A stretch of DNA of 64,000 nucleotides from a virus. This document shows, in pieces, positions 10,225-21,421 of this stretch; position 1 is the stretch's first letter; each line of letters starts with the position of its first letter. The stretch is taken from IMG/VR virus record IMGVR_UViG_3300012931_000015, positions 99,579 through 163,578 of that record. One strand, 5' to 3'. The translations under genes were made by a program, and so were the position numbers. The notes beneath the pieces are model-generated. The model saw nothing but the letters and a program-made list of their open reading frames with translations. It was not told the origin of the DNA and ran no database searches.

Positions 10225-10809
10225 ATTATTGCTATTTATTTTACAATTATACCACAAATTTCTATAATGATAATTATTTGCTATCTTTTTATCTAAAGCT
10301 TCCATTTTCATTTTATGAGCTTTTAATTCATATTCATTAGCAAAACTTTTTATCCACGAAATACTTTCTTTCATTTTTAATAACTTATTTTCTTTATCTA
10401 TTTCTTTCTGAATAAGCTTTGCTCTATGACGTTGTATAAACTCTTCTGTTATCCACTTTACATTATTTAGATATTTTTGACATTGGTCAATTGTTAAATA
10501 CTCCATACCTGAAAATAGACCCCTTAAAAAATGAAAGTTCTGTAAATTTTTTTCAGACTTATGCTTTTTAGAAATCATCCATTCATCTAAATGTATTGCT
10601 ATATAACATAATAACTCCCTTTCATATCCTACCCACAATTTAGCATTTGGATGATTTATAACAGATCGCTTAGGTGTAATTAGTTTGTCATTTACATATA
10701 ATAAACTAGCTAGGATATGGATATTTTCATATATGTTAGCTTGAAGTCTTTTTGTATCAAGCATAGAAGCACTTTTATAAAAATCTTTATCTACTATCCA
10801 CGATTGCAT
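10201..10809 (-). CDS. pyrimidine-dimer DNA glycosylase (DenV/Pyr_excise-like)
   Basis: MQSW...DF..SA..LD.KRL....E...IL and NHP..KLW.GYE motifs. Confidence 0.7.
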   Translation of the reverse strand: MQSWIVDKDFYKSASMLDTKRLQANIYENIHILASLLYVNDKLITPKRSVINHPNAKLWVGYERELLCYIAIHLDEWMISKKHKSEKNLQNFHFLRGLFSGMEYLTIDQCQKYLNNVKWITEEFIQRHRAKLIQKEIDKENKLLKMKESISWIKSFANEYELKAHKMKMEALDKKIANNYHYRNLWYNCKINSNNTGMRYNW

Positions 10810-10826
10810 TTTAGTTTATTTCCTTT

Positions 10827-11309
10827 TTAAATCTTTATAATTTCATAAGTATTGTATAACACATTATTTTCAATAAATCTATCATAACTTAATTTTTTTA
10901 AATCTTTATTTATATGTTTCAATCTTACCATTGATTCCTTATAAGCACTTTCTTCTAATTTATTTAATTGTTCAACAAATATTTCAATATCATTATGAGT
11001 ATAATACTTTAATTCATTACTTCCTAAAGTTGTTGCTGTAAAGGCGTGATTTATATTATCCTTTTCTTTGAAGTCCGGTCTCCAATCAATTTGAATACCA
11101 AAATTATATTCTTGATTCACTATTATATAATTGTCTGTTTTGTCTTTATACTTAGATATTATTTTATCAATACCCTTTTTTATAGTATTTATATAAATGT
11201 CTAATGTTTTACCTATTCTTTTATTATACTGCTCTACTGAATGATTTATGTCAATTATTTTTCTATTTTTATAAGCAAAAACTTGTTTATAATATTCTTG
11301 TAAATACAT
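10827..11309 (-). CDS. hypothetical protein, paralog of 11313-11810
   Basis: shares the YLQE, H...R, KG(I/L)DK, RPD, TT.L and IEI.VEQ blocks. Confidence 0.65.
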   Translation of the reverse strand: MYLQEYYKQVFAYKNRKIIDINHSVEQYNKRIGKTLDIYINTIKKGIDKIISKYKDKTDNYIIVNQEYNFGIQIDWRPDFKEKDNINHAFTATTLGSNELKYYTHNDIEIFVEQLNKLEESAYKESMVRLKHINKDLKKLSYDRFIENNVLYNTYEIIKI

Positions 11310-11312
11310 AGT

Positions 11313-11810
11313 TTATATTTTTACCTCTTTAAAATCTTTATAAGACTGCCCGTCTTCAAAATACAAATTAAACCATCTATCAATATAACTGTTCTCTTTG
11401 AAGTATCTAACTTTTTTATAGAATCCTATTTTATTCTGTTCAACTATTATCTCAATTTCATTTTTTAAATTATGTTCATGTTCCGAGTTTTTAAGAACGG
11501 TTGTTATTACTGCAATCAATTTGTTTTTGTTGTGTCTATCTGGTCTTATTTCAATTGGAACTTTAAGATCATATTTTTTATTTATAAATACATAATTTTC
11601 CGCATAACTCTTTAAATTATCTATATTTAATTTGTCAAGACCTTTTGATATGAGCTTATAAAAGATAATGTTTTTTAATTCAGGAAATCTTTCATGTAAT
11701 CTGCCAATGGCGTGTTCTACATCATATATTTCTATATTGTTATGTTTGAATAGTAGTTTAAAATTTTCCTGTAAATATTTACTTTCAAATAATAATGTTT
11801 TCTTTTTCAC
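11313..11810 (-). CDS. hypothetical protein, possible RelE/BECR-like RNase fold
   Basis: EHAIGRLHER helix followed by beta strands ending VITTVL. Confidence 0.5.
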   Translation of the reverse strand: MKKKTLLFESKYLQENFKLLFKHNNIEIYDVEHAIGRLHERFPELKNIIFYKLISKGLDKLNIDNLKSYAENYVFINKKYDLKVPIEIRPDRHNKNKLIAVITTVLKNSEHEHNLKNEIEIIVEQNKIGFYKKVRYFKENSYIDRWFNLYFEDGQSYKDFKEVKI

Positions 11811-11817
11811 AATTATC

Positions 11818-12333
11818 CTACTTATCTTTTACAAAACTAGCAAATTCTTTTAATCCTATTAAAGTATCTATATGATAGCAATCAACATATCTTTCAAGTT
11901 TTATAATTCCTTTATTACATAATTCACTTACTTTCCCAACATAGAGTTCATTTATATCTAAATTTAATTCATTAGCAATTTTTATTAATTCTTCATTAAT
12001 AGGTTGTGCTCCGTATTCATCAGGCGATGGTGCGCCACAATGTCCTCCACTTCTTATAACACTTCCTAGAATTTTTATTCTATCAGAAGGTATAGGATAA
12101 AATTTATTGTGTAATTCTAAAGCATCTTTTAATTTTAAACCATGTTCTTGTAATTTAGTGTATGCAATCCAATAATTCCAACTACGGATAAATATCCAAT
12201 TATTTAGTATACCTTTAAAATTATATGCAACTTCCCCCTTATATTTTTCAGTTTTTACAACAGTAATGCCAGCTAAATATAATTCTTCATTAATATAATC
12301 ATCACAATCCACAACTCCGGCTAGATTTTTCAT
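11818..12333 (-). CDS. hypothetical phage protein
   Basis: 171-aa ORF with GGAG SD; GGHCG and CYHIDT motifs. Confidence 0.65.
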   Translation of the reverse strand: MKNLAGVVDCDDYINEELYLAGITVVKTEKYKGEVAYNFKGILNNWIFIRSWNYWIAYTKLQEHGLKLKDALELHNKFYPIPSDRIKILGSVIRSGGHCGAPSPDEYGAQPINEELIKIANELNLDINELYVGKVSELCNKGIIKLERYVDCYHIDTLIGLKEFASFVKDK

Positions 12334-12825
12334 TTTTTGTCTCCATTTAACCTTTCAAAAACTTTATTAATACCGTCTTCTCTGCCTCTTTGGTACATCT
12401 CTTTTATTTTAAAATATATCTCGTTTGATTTCATTTTTTCTATTTCAGCAATAGTTGGAAATATAATTTCATTTGACATTTTTTCTCCTATTTGCGATAA
12501 TTGATATTATCTTAATTTAATATGTTTGTCAAGAAAAATTTTAACATTATTTACAATTATTTTAATATTATCATTTACAATTTTATATCCACTTCTTAAT
12601 AAATATGAAACATAATAGTAAGATCGTACACTATCACGTGTTTTATAATAAGATATTAAAGGACATTGTATAGTAATTGCTTTGTTTAGCTTTTTATAGA
12701 TTTTGTTAAAACGATATTTTCCGGCAGGGAGAATTAGTTTGCTTTCTTGATATAATAATTGTATAAGATCGTTAAGGTCATCTTGATATATATTTGTGAT
12801 GTGTTTTGAATTAATTTTGTTTAGT

Positions 12826-13425
12826 TTATTTTTTATACTCATCATATTTTTGTATTCCAAATACTATTGCATAAAGACACCAGATAAAATGATATGTTTT
12901 TTCCATACAGGAATCTTCCCAGAAATCAGATAAATCTAAATATTCTGAACTAAAATTTCTATATGCTTCCACACAAGAATATTCATCTTCCGCATAAGCA
13001 AACATATTTCGTATTTCTTCTTTTACTTCTTTTATCTCTTCTAGGCTTGTTAAATTATAACTTAACCAATTCTTATAGTATTCTATAATTCTTTCTTTAA
13101 ATCTTTTTACACTAAACTCTCTTATACCATTACCAAAAACAGATTCAGCTATACATTTTTCAGCCCAATAATAAGAGTTTATTTTTAATTCTTCATTTCT
13201 GAAAAAATTAAACATATCTGTTGTTCTTTGAAATAAGTAACTACCATAATCCCCCGTAATACATAAATGATTATCCCATGTAATTATATCGTATCTTCCA
13301 CAATAATCACCATTTTTGTTTTGTAATCTAATATGACGATTTATGTCATTATCATAAATTATTGTAAGCTTGTGATCTTTTACTACTTCTAAAAATCTTT
13401 CTTTTGTACACTCATTATTATTCAT
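12826..13425 (-). CDS. conserved phage protein
   Basis: 199 aa; ITGDYG...DMFNFFR...YWAEK pattern. Confidence 0.65.
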   Translation of the reverse strand: MNNNECTKERFLEVVKDHKLTIIYDNDINRHIRLQNKNGDYCGRYDIITWDNHLCITGDYGSYLFQRTTDMFNFFRNEELKINSYYWAEKCIAESVFGNGIREFSVKRFKERIIEYYKNWLSYNLTSLEEIKEVKEEIRNMFAYAEDEYSCVEAYRNFSSEYLDLSDFWEDSCMEKTYHFIWCLYAIVFGIQKYDEYKK

Positions 13426-13922
13426 GTCATTATCCTTTTTTATTATGTTTAGGTACTATAACTTTTACTTTCTTAAACCAACCTTGATACCACTTCAAAT
13501 ATTTAATATCATAAAAAACAGAAGGGTTAGAATATTTTTCAAGTATGTTATTTTGTATAAGAATACGCACGAAAGAAGATTTTATAGGAACAAAAATAAT
13601 CACAACTTGTTTTATATAATCATTTATAATGTAATATCTTTTAATTTCAAGTACATTCTCGATATAGTTTTCTATATTTTTTATAGTTATTAAACAATTT
13701 CTCATAATTTTATTCCTCCTATTTTAATGAAATAACTCTTTTAATATATTAAATACTCCTTCTAATTTTTTTATGTTTTTTATAAGTGTTTCAATTTTGT
13801 ATAATTCACTATTGTTTAAATTTTTTAAACCTTCTTCAATTTCTTTTAACAAGAATTCTTTTCTTTCTTTTTCCTGTTGTTTCAGGTCTTCTTCATATTG
13901 TTCAGAATAATGACTCATAATT

Positions 13923-14168
13923 TCATTCTCCTTTTTTATTTCTGTTTTTCCAAATACCGAGTGAACTTGTTATAAAATAAACACTAAACATAAATGCCGG
14001 AGAATAATGTTTAAAATATAAATTATATCCTACCCAGAAAAAATTAGAAATTACCCATAAGATAAAAGCAATAAATCTGTATTTTCTATTTATGCTTGTT
14101 ACTAGAAAATTTCCTATCAAAGAAACAGCAATAAAAATCCATGAGATATATTCTAAAATTTCTTTCAT
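13923..14168 (-). CDS. small membrane protein (PnuC-like fragment)
   Basis: three hydrophobic segments; SLIG and LWVISN. Confidence 0.45.
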   Translation of the reverse strand: MKEILEYISWIFIAVSLIGNFLVTSINRKYRFIAFILWVISNFFWVGYNLYFKHYSPAFMFSVYFITSSLGIWKNRNKKGE

Positions 14169-15417
14169 TATTTTTTTACCTTTTTCTTATTTTTATTTAT
14201 TTTCTTTAATTCTTTTTCTAGTATTTTCTTATCTTCTTCGGATAACCCATTGTAAGCATCATTTACAACTTTACAAATTATATTCCCTAATTTTAAATAC
14301 ATTGTTGCTATTTTTTGCCAAGCTGTTTTTATTGCTTCTATATCTTTTTCGCTCAATTTATTTATTTTTTCTTTTTCCATACTTTTTACCTTTTTAAAAT
14401 AATTTATATTTTGTAATTAATTCATGTATAATATAAATCATAACCGCATTTATTCCTATAAAAATTACAAAGTCTTGAATATATTTTGTGAAGATCAGTT
14501 TTTTATGTCTTAATTGAAAAAACCCTACCATAAATAAACAATCTAGTAAACTTAAAATGATTAAATAAAATATATCCAGAATCATTTTATCTTTCTCCTT
14601 TATCTATTTGCTACCATAGTTTGAAACCTTTAAATTTATGGGTATTGGAAATTAAACATATTATTTCAGTTAGCAACCCAATGTAGCCAGAAAGCCCAAT
14701 AACAATTGCGCATTTCATATCGTGGTAATAATGTTTTTTGGCAAGTGTTGGGTATTCTTTCTGATAATATGCAAAATCCATCATATAAGCTAATAACCCT
14801 GAAAACACATAAAAAATTACTATTAATGTTACAATCATTTATTTCTCCTGTTATAATTTCCACACAAAAATAATAGCTAATACTTCTAGTGAAATACAAA
14901 GCAAAGTAGAAATAGTGCTTGTTATCTTTTCATCTTTTTTGAGTAAGCCTAAATATCTAACAATTGCAAAACTTAACATTACTGTAATAAATATTTTCAT
15001 AATTTCTCCTTTTCACCATTTCCTCTGTTTAAACTCACTACAAAAAGTAATGCTTTTTAATTCGATTTTATCTTTATCATCAAGCCATTCCACAAACTTT
15101 CCACATTTATGCTCACAATTCATACAATCTCTTGTATCTCTGTTAAACTTTAATTCGGATTCAATTTTTTCTATAATTCTTTCAACAATCTTTTTAATAA
15201 AATTATCTATTAGCTTCATTTACTACCTGCTTTTTTAAATGCACTGTAACTTTCATCACATTCATAACAAGCAAACATGTCTGAAACATGAATACAGTTA
15301 TTACAGTTGATCCCATTATTTAATAGTTTTTTAAGTGCATATATTTTTGATGCTTTCTTCTTTATTTCTCTTTCTAGTTTTTCAACTTTTTTAAAAATAG
15401 CCTTATCTCTTAACACT

Positions 15418-15840
15418 TTACTTCCCTTTCCTTCTAGGTGTACCCGTATTACAATGCCATATAGACACACCAGCACCTTTTAACTGAATAAAACTAAAGC
15501 ATTCATCACATTTCCAATTATAGTAGTTTTTTAGTATATTGTCATCAATTTTTATTTCTTTTTTACATTTAGGACACACAATTATTATCTCTTTCTTTTT
15601 AATATCTTTATTCATAACCTTATTATTTTCTCCTTCATTCATTTTCATTTCAATATGCTCCCAAAAAGCCATAGGATCATTCTTACAATTTTTTCCTATG
15701 TGCCAGCCATTACACCTTCTACAATGATATACAGAAGCTTTTATACCATACTTTTTCTGTAATCTTTTTAGAGCTATGTATGCTCCTTCTTTTGATTTAT
15801 GTCTAACTTTTCTTTCACAACAAATATGACGTTTAGGCAT
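15418..15840 (-). CDS. Zn-ribbon hypothetical protein
   Basis: YHCRRCNGWH, CPKC and CDEC. Confidence 0.55.
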   Translation of the reverse strand: MPKRHICCERKVRHKSKEGAYIALKRLQKKYGIKASVYHCRRCNGWHIGKNCKNDPMAFWEHIEMKMNEGENNKVMNKDIKKKEIIIVCPKCKKEIKIDDNILKNYYNWKCDECFSFIQLKGAGVSIWHCNTGTPRRKGK

Positions 15841-15863
15841 AACAACCCGCTTTCTTTTATTTC

Positions 15864-16301
15864 TTAAAGTTTAAAATTTTCAACAATAGAACCTTTTGGT
15901 AATGTTATTTTTATTCTACCTTCTAAATCAAAGTCGGTATTTAATAAATCTAATTCATCATAACTTATTTTACGTATAGAATAACCTCTCATTGTAAATC
16001 TTATATTTGGGATAACTAAATTGTTTTCAATAATTTCACACTTACTTGTTAATAAATTAAATCTTACAAAAGCATTTCCGCTTTTTACAAAACCTGTATA
16101 ATACTCTTTATTATCTATTGTAATTGTGCCTATAAATAGGAAACAACTTCCATAAGCTTTATACTTATCTTTTATTCCAATAGATTTTAATTCATAAGAT
16201 CGAGTATATTCTTTCATTTCTTTTTCTTCAAATAACTCTTTACAAGATACAGCAAACAACAATATATTTGCTGTTACTACAAATAAAAGCAATTTTTTCA
16301 T
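15864..16301 (-). CDS. putative lipoprotein
   Basis: MKK, hydrophobic stretch, then AVSC. Confidence 0.55.
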   Translation of the reverse strand: MKKLLLFVVTANILLFAVSCKELFEEKEMKEYTRSYELKSIGIKDKYKAYGSCFLFIGTITIDNKEYYTGFVKSGNAFVRFNLLTSKCEIIENNLVIPNIRFTMRGYSIRKISYDELDLLNTDFDLEGRIKITLPKGSIVENFKL

Positions 16302-16315
16302 TATTTTTCTCCTTC

Positions 16316-16510
16316 TTATTTCTTATAAAATTTTATCCACAACCATTCATGTGTTGCATAAGCAATAGCATTTATTAAGTTCAAAACAACTGTCAACACT
16401 ACACTCTTAACAAACCCTAAGCCAAAAAACATACCCATGAAATAACTTGTTATTACTGCTAATATTCTCCATGTAATTGACTTATACAGTATAATTTTTT
16501 TACTCGACAA
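16316..16510 (-). CDS. DUF2061-like membrane protein
   Basis: KSITWR...Y..HE..W pattern. Confidence 0.6.
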   Translation of the reverse strand: MSSKKIILYKSITWRILAVITSYFMGMFFGLGFVKSVVLTVVLNLINAIAYATHEWLWIKFYKK

Positions 16511-17373
16511 AATCTTTCTCCGCTTTAACTATAATATTTCTAAATTTTCCGTTTAGTTCAAAATAAAAATACAATTTATCCTCTTCTAACAGTATAATCT
16601 TTTCATTTATATTAATAATTGTCTTATAAGGAATTTTATTAACTGCACAAAAATTTAACAAATAATAAAAATTCTTTTCCGTTAAAACTTGTTGTCTAAC
16701 AGCACCAAAAATAAACCCTACAAACAGTGATATAACTGCGACTAATACATACACCATATTCTTTACTCCTTGTTATTTTTTATAATTTTAATTATCTCAT
16801 AAATAGAAACTACCGGAACAATAATAGTATAACAATACAATATTGATATAACCACTAGCAAAACAATTTTAATCGACATAAAAGCTTTACCTCCTAGTTA
16901 AATTAAAATCTTATCTCCAGTTTAGTATTATATTTTTTCTCATAACTATCAATTGCATCTGCTAAATATCTTTTAGAATTATCTAAGTTCTGATATTTAT
17001 CATTCAAGAGATTGTCGATAGTTTTAACAATTCTTTCCAGTTCAATTATTCTCTCATCCATATATAACTCCAGTATTAGGTAATCTTCTATCAAATTTTA
17101 TTTCAAAAGTTCTATTATTTAAACTTGAAATTGATCTCTTTTCCACTTTATACCAAACATCTTTTAATTCTAAGAAACATAACTTTGATGCTTCCGAAGG
17201 TGAAAATATTTTTAAAGCTATATTATTTTTATCTGTTACTTCTTTGAATAAAAACCAACAATTGTTTTCCCTTAAATTAGGGCTTCTATGTATTGCTGGT
17301 TTAGTTGTTTTTCTAATTTTAAAAACTTTGTTATCATCATTCAAGATATACATTATAAATCATTCTCCAATTT

Positions 17374-18240
17374 TTATTTTCTTTTATAAATTACTTTCGT
17401 CATTAAACAAGTATTATTTTGCTCACAAAATCTATCTCCAAAAGTATAATCATTATAGTATTTTTCATTCACTATATCATAAGGACACTGTATTAATTTA
17501 TACCCTATAAAATAATTAGCAAATCTACATTTATTTATATTACTACATAAGGTACTCTCAAACACCCCTCTTTTAGAAATATGAATTTCACAGTTACCTT
17601 CGTATTTCTTTAAAAATTCATGAACTAACTCTTTATACCCGATCAGAGGCATTGTTAAGTTTGTATCTTCAAAAAAATCACCTTTATCAAGCTCTCTATA
17701 ACTTGAAATAAAAAATACTTTACTATCAAATTTTTTCTCAAAGTAATCACAAGCACTTAATAAATCATCAACTTTTGTTTTTTTGGAAACCATAAAATTT
17801 GGTTCTATTTTGTTTCGTACAGAAGGTATATTATAATTAGGTTTTATATTTAAATAATTTTTAGTTAAAGAATCTATTGATAATCTTATTTTTGCTTTTC
17901 CTATACTTGAATTATCATTTTTAATATTTTTTATTTCTAATCCATTTGTATAGATAGTTGTTTTAAGCTTATAACTTTCATTTATATTAATAAAATCTTC
18001 TATTTGAGGATGAAGTAAAGGTTCACCTCCTAATAAATTTATTTGTTGAACACCTTTTTTAACTGCATCTTCAATACAAGATTTATATTCTTTTATATGA
18101 ATATCAGAATTTTTATCTTTTATAATATTTCTTACAAAACAACCTTTACAGGATAACTGACATTTGTTTGTTATAAATATTTGAAGAGTATTTCTAGTTT
18201 TTACTGGAAGTTCAATATAATCTGTCCACGGAAAATACAT
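17374..18240 (-). CDS. radical SAM enzyme
   Basis: CQLSCKGC (CxxxCxxC), GGEPLLHP, YTNG, SID; extra C-terminal cysteines. Confidence 0.9.
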   Translation of the reverse strand: MYFPWTDYIELPVKTRNTLQIFITNKCQLSCKGCFVRNIIKDKNSDIHIKEYKSCIEDAVKKGVQQINLLGGEPLLHPQIEDFININESYKLKTTIYTNGLEIKNIKNDNSSIGKAKIRLSIDSLTKNYLNIKPNYNIPSVRNKIEPNFMVSKKTKVDDLLSACDYFEKKFDSKVFFISSYRELDKGDFFEDTNLTMPLIGYKELVHEFLKKYEGNCEIHISKRGVFESTLCSNINKCRFANYFIGYKLIQCPYDIVNEKYYNDYTFGDRFCEQNNTCLMTKVIYKRK

Positions 18241-18847
18241 AATTTTTCTCCTTTTATTTTAACTCATATATTTCTTCTATTTCTGCAATCTCATGTTGAA
18301 GTATATCAATTTGCTCTCTTGCATATTTTATATCTTTCATTACTTCGATTCCCTTAATAAAATTATATAAATCATCGAGAGTATCAAAATTCCAAACATC
18401 ATTTTTTTGACTTTTATACTGTTTTTTTTCCTACTCTACATATTCCAAATAAAGTATAATATTCTTCATTTCCGTGATATTTATGATCTACTTTATATAA
18501 AATTGAAGTTCCTTTAGCAATATTCTCATTACCTTTAGTAACAATGTATTTAATATCTTTTTCAATTATGAGTTTTTGTTTTTGTTTTAAAAAGTTTAAT
18601 ATTTTAATTTTATCCATTTTATCCATTTTATTTATCCTCTTACTATTAATTTACTATAATCAATAAAATCATGCTGATCTGTATCTAGCTTATATTTTTT
18701 AACAAATTCCTTTATAGAAATAATAATATTTTTAATATCTTCATTGTTTATATCTGCTTTACTATAAAATAAAATATCATCAAATCGTTCTAGTATTGCT
18801 TTTTCATTACTTGTTACAATCATTTCTATCATAATTTTTCCTTTTCC

Positions 18848-18876
18848 AAAATACTTTATTTTAAATATTTTGTCAA
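18848..18876 (-). promoter_or_regulatory. sigma70-type early promoter
   Basis: TTGACA-N17-TATTTT upstream of 18832. Confidence 0.5.
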
Positions 18877-19106
18877 GATAAATTTCACTTAAAATATTTA
18901 CTTTTTCTTTTTTTAAGTTTTTGCTTTAATATCTCAAGCTCTTCATTATCTTTCATATTTTGAATAATATTAAATATATCCATTTTATCTCTTAGTATCA
19001 ATTCCATTTTTGCTTTTTCTAATTCTTGATTTATTATTCTTTCTATTTCTTTATTACTTTGACTTTTGTAATTATCATTCATACTTTTTTATTATTGTAT
19101 ATCAAA

Positions 19107-19448
19107 CTACTTTTCTATATTTAGAATAGCATGATTTATAACACCTTCACCTTTATATTTTCCATTATGAATTAATCTAAATTCTTCTCCTCTACTATGA
19201 CAAGAAATAACAATTTGAGCTACACAGCCAGCCATAAATCCCGTAATTCCTCCAGCACTTATATTATCATCCGCTTTACAAATTATTCCGTGTGTTGTAT
19301 GAATATCAGGGTAATAACCTTCATGTAAAGGAGTCAAATCCTCATCTAATAATCGCATTACTTCTTTTGCTACATCAACACAACACTTACCATAAGCATC
19401 TTGATTATTACTTTCCCATTCTTTTAATGCTTCTAAGTTATTAATCAT
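19107..19448 (-). CDS. hypothetical phage protein
   Basis: 113 aa, AGGAG SD, GITGFMAG motif. Confidence 0.65.
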   Translation of the reverse strand: MINNLEALKEWESNNQDAYGKCCVDVAKEVMRLLDEDLTPLHEGYYPDIHTTHGIICKADDNISAGGITGFMAGCVAQIVISCHSRGEEFRLIHNGKYKGEGVINHAILNIEK

Positions 19449-19474
19449 AATTTATTCTCCTTTTATATAAAAAA

Positions 19475-19503
19475 TGTATACTAAAAATTATTGTAAAAGT
19501 CAA
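19475..19503 (-). promoter_or_regulatory. sigma70-type early promoter
   Basis: TTGACT-N17-TATACA upstream of 19448. Confidence 0.6.
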
Positions 19504-19696
19504 GAAAAACTTTTAAAAACTTAAAAAATATTTACAATTTACACTTATCACATCTGAATATAAATATTTGATTTCTTTTTTCCCAAACACAACTACTAAG
19601 AATCTCTTTATGGTAATTACAGAAAGGAAAGTTTAATTCATTTTTTGATAGATTAGAACAGACAGGATTACAAAGTTTTGATTTATCCACAACATT

Positions 19697-21100
19697 TTAT
19701 TCTTTAAAAATAGTAAACCTAAAATAATTACCATCATATATATATTTCAATTTACCACCAACTTTACCCCTATTATATTTTAATACTTTGATTTCAATAA
19801 TAGGCAACCCCCCACTTTCAATTTCTAAGTCTTTTAAATCTTCTTCAAGCTGGTCATAATCGCTTATAAAAGCTTGTCTCATATATTCAAAATTCCATAT
19901 ATACAAAACTAATCTACTACCTGACGCTATTTCTGCACCACCTTTTATTGATTGAATAGTAGGTCTGTAATATTGAAGGTCTTTTACTTTTATAGCTTTA
20001 CTATTATTACGCCATATATTTTCATTTTCTTGACATATATTTAAAATGTGTGTTTCTGTACTTTTAACAAGTCTTTGTAATTTATATACACAATTTTTTA
20101 TTACCTTTGCGTCATCACCTTTTTCTGCAAAATCTAATAACATAGTTAATACATCTATTACTATAAAAACATATTTTTTACCAGTAATTGTTTGAACTTT
20201 TTTTATTAACATTTCTACATCTTTTATATATAAATTAGGATCATCAACAAGAAAAAAATTATTATATTGTCTCATTGAATGTGATACTAATTTTACATTA
20301 TTATACTCATCTCTTGTTTTAAAATTCCCCATAGAAATAGTATTAAAGGTAATATCGGAACGCATTGAAGCTATTTTTTCCATAACAATATCTTTTGAAT
20401 CTTCAAGACTTATGTATAATATAGGAATACCAGAAGGAATTAAACCATTTATTAAATGTAAAGAAAAACTTGACTTTCCTGATCCTTTCTGACCAAACAA
20501 CGTTGTCATCTCTTTTGGTCTTGCAGGATAGTTTAATAAAGCATCTAAATCTCTATCACCATAACTTGTTTTTATAGTTATTTTATTTTTTTCTTCGAGG
20601 CTGTTTAAAAAAAAGTCTTGTAATCTATTTGAGTCCCACAATAATTCATCTGTATTTTTAATTTTAACCAGAGCGTCTTTTATATTATCAAGAGATTCTT
20701 CAAATTTATCTAGCCCTGTTGTTTCTCTTAAATTATTTGAATTGGTTAAATTAAATAAATCACTAAGAAGCTCATCATTTATTTTAAATCGAATATGATC
20801 TTTTTTCAGTAAATCAATTGCATTTTCTATATTATCAAAGTTAAGAATATTATTATATATATCAGATATATGATGCTTTTCAATTTCTTTTCCACTTTCA
20901 ATAATATTATTATAAAGTGTATCTATATCAAATTGTTCTATTTTTTTATCATAGAGTAATAGAATACCACTTGATATATTTTTTGATTGGGGAAGATTAA
21001 AATATTCATTGACTTGTAAAAGATCAACCCATTTATCTGGATTGTGCATGAAGTAGCTTAATACTCGTTGTTCATTATCTCTATTAACTGATATGCTCAA
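19697..21100 (-). CDS. DnaB/gp41-like replicative helicase
   Basis: Walker A GQKGSGKS, YISLE, IVID, ICQ, IKGG and K.NR motifs. Confidence 0.85.
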   Translation of the reverse strand: MSISVNRDNEQRVLSYFMHNPDKWVDLLQVNEYFNLPQSKNISSGILLLYDKKIEQFDIDTLYNNIIESGKEIEKHHISDIYNNILNFDNIENAIDLLKKDHIRFKINDELLSDLFNLTNSNNLRETTGLDKFEESLDNIKDALVKIKNTDELLWDSNRLQDFFLNSLEEKNKITIKTSYGDRDLDALLNYPARPKEMTTLFGQKGSGKSSFSLHLINGLIPSGIPILYISLEDSKDIVMEKIASMRSDITFNTISMGNFKTRDEYNNVKLVSHSMRQYNNFFLVDDPNLYIKDVEMLIKKVQTITGKKYVFIVIDVLTMLLDFAEKGDDAKVIKNCVYKLQRLVKSTETHILNICQENENIWRNNSKAIKVKDLQYYRPTIQSIKGGAEIASGSRLVLYIWNFEYMRQAFISDYDQLEEDLKDLEIESGGLPIIEIKVLKYNRGKVGGKLKYIYDGNYFRFTIFKE

Positions 21101-21164
21101 ATTGTGTGATCCTTTATCTTTTACCTTTAAAATAAAACAAGCACTACTATTTCTAATAATGCTT

Positions 21165-21192
21165 ATTATAAACTATAATGCTTTGTTGTCAA
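21165..21192 (-). promoter_or_regulatory. sigma70-type promoter for the helicase
   Basis: TTGACA-N16-TATAAT. Confidence 0.6.
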
Positions 21193-21211
21193 GCAAAAAT
21201 ATTAATTATTT

Positions 21212-21421
21212 TTATTTTCCTCTTTTGCTTTTTAAATCTGACTTAGCTTTTTTAAGTTCTTCGTCATATTGCTTTTTTGTTGCTTCTTCAAACTTTATCC
21301 ATTTCCTATATAATTTCATCATGTCATGCCCTTCGCTACTAGTCTCAACTTTATAACGAATCTTATATACCAACAAAAACTGGAGATTTTCCCACGACTC
21401 TCTGTCCATCGGCAGGTACAA
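21212..21421 (-). CDS. gp51-like baseplate/tail assembly protein
   Basis: short helical ORF overlapping the 3' end of the gp26-like gene; MDRES is the likely start. Confidence 0.45.
   Translation of the reverse strand: MYLPMDRESWENLQFLLVYKIRYKVETSSEGHDMMKLYRKWIKFEEATKKQYDEELKKAKSDLKSKRGK

Noticed and set aside
1318-17510. Numerous short hydrophobic plus-strand ORFs in the track
   Set aside because: They lie antisense to well-formed minus-strand genes with SD sites and are expected in AT-rich DNA
19683-19691. Perfect DnaA box TTATCCACA just downstream of the helicase
   Set aside because: Single copy with no cluster; it overlaps the probable start of a small Cys-rich ORF, and another copy lies inside a CDS near 16333
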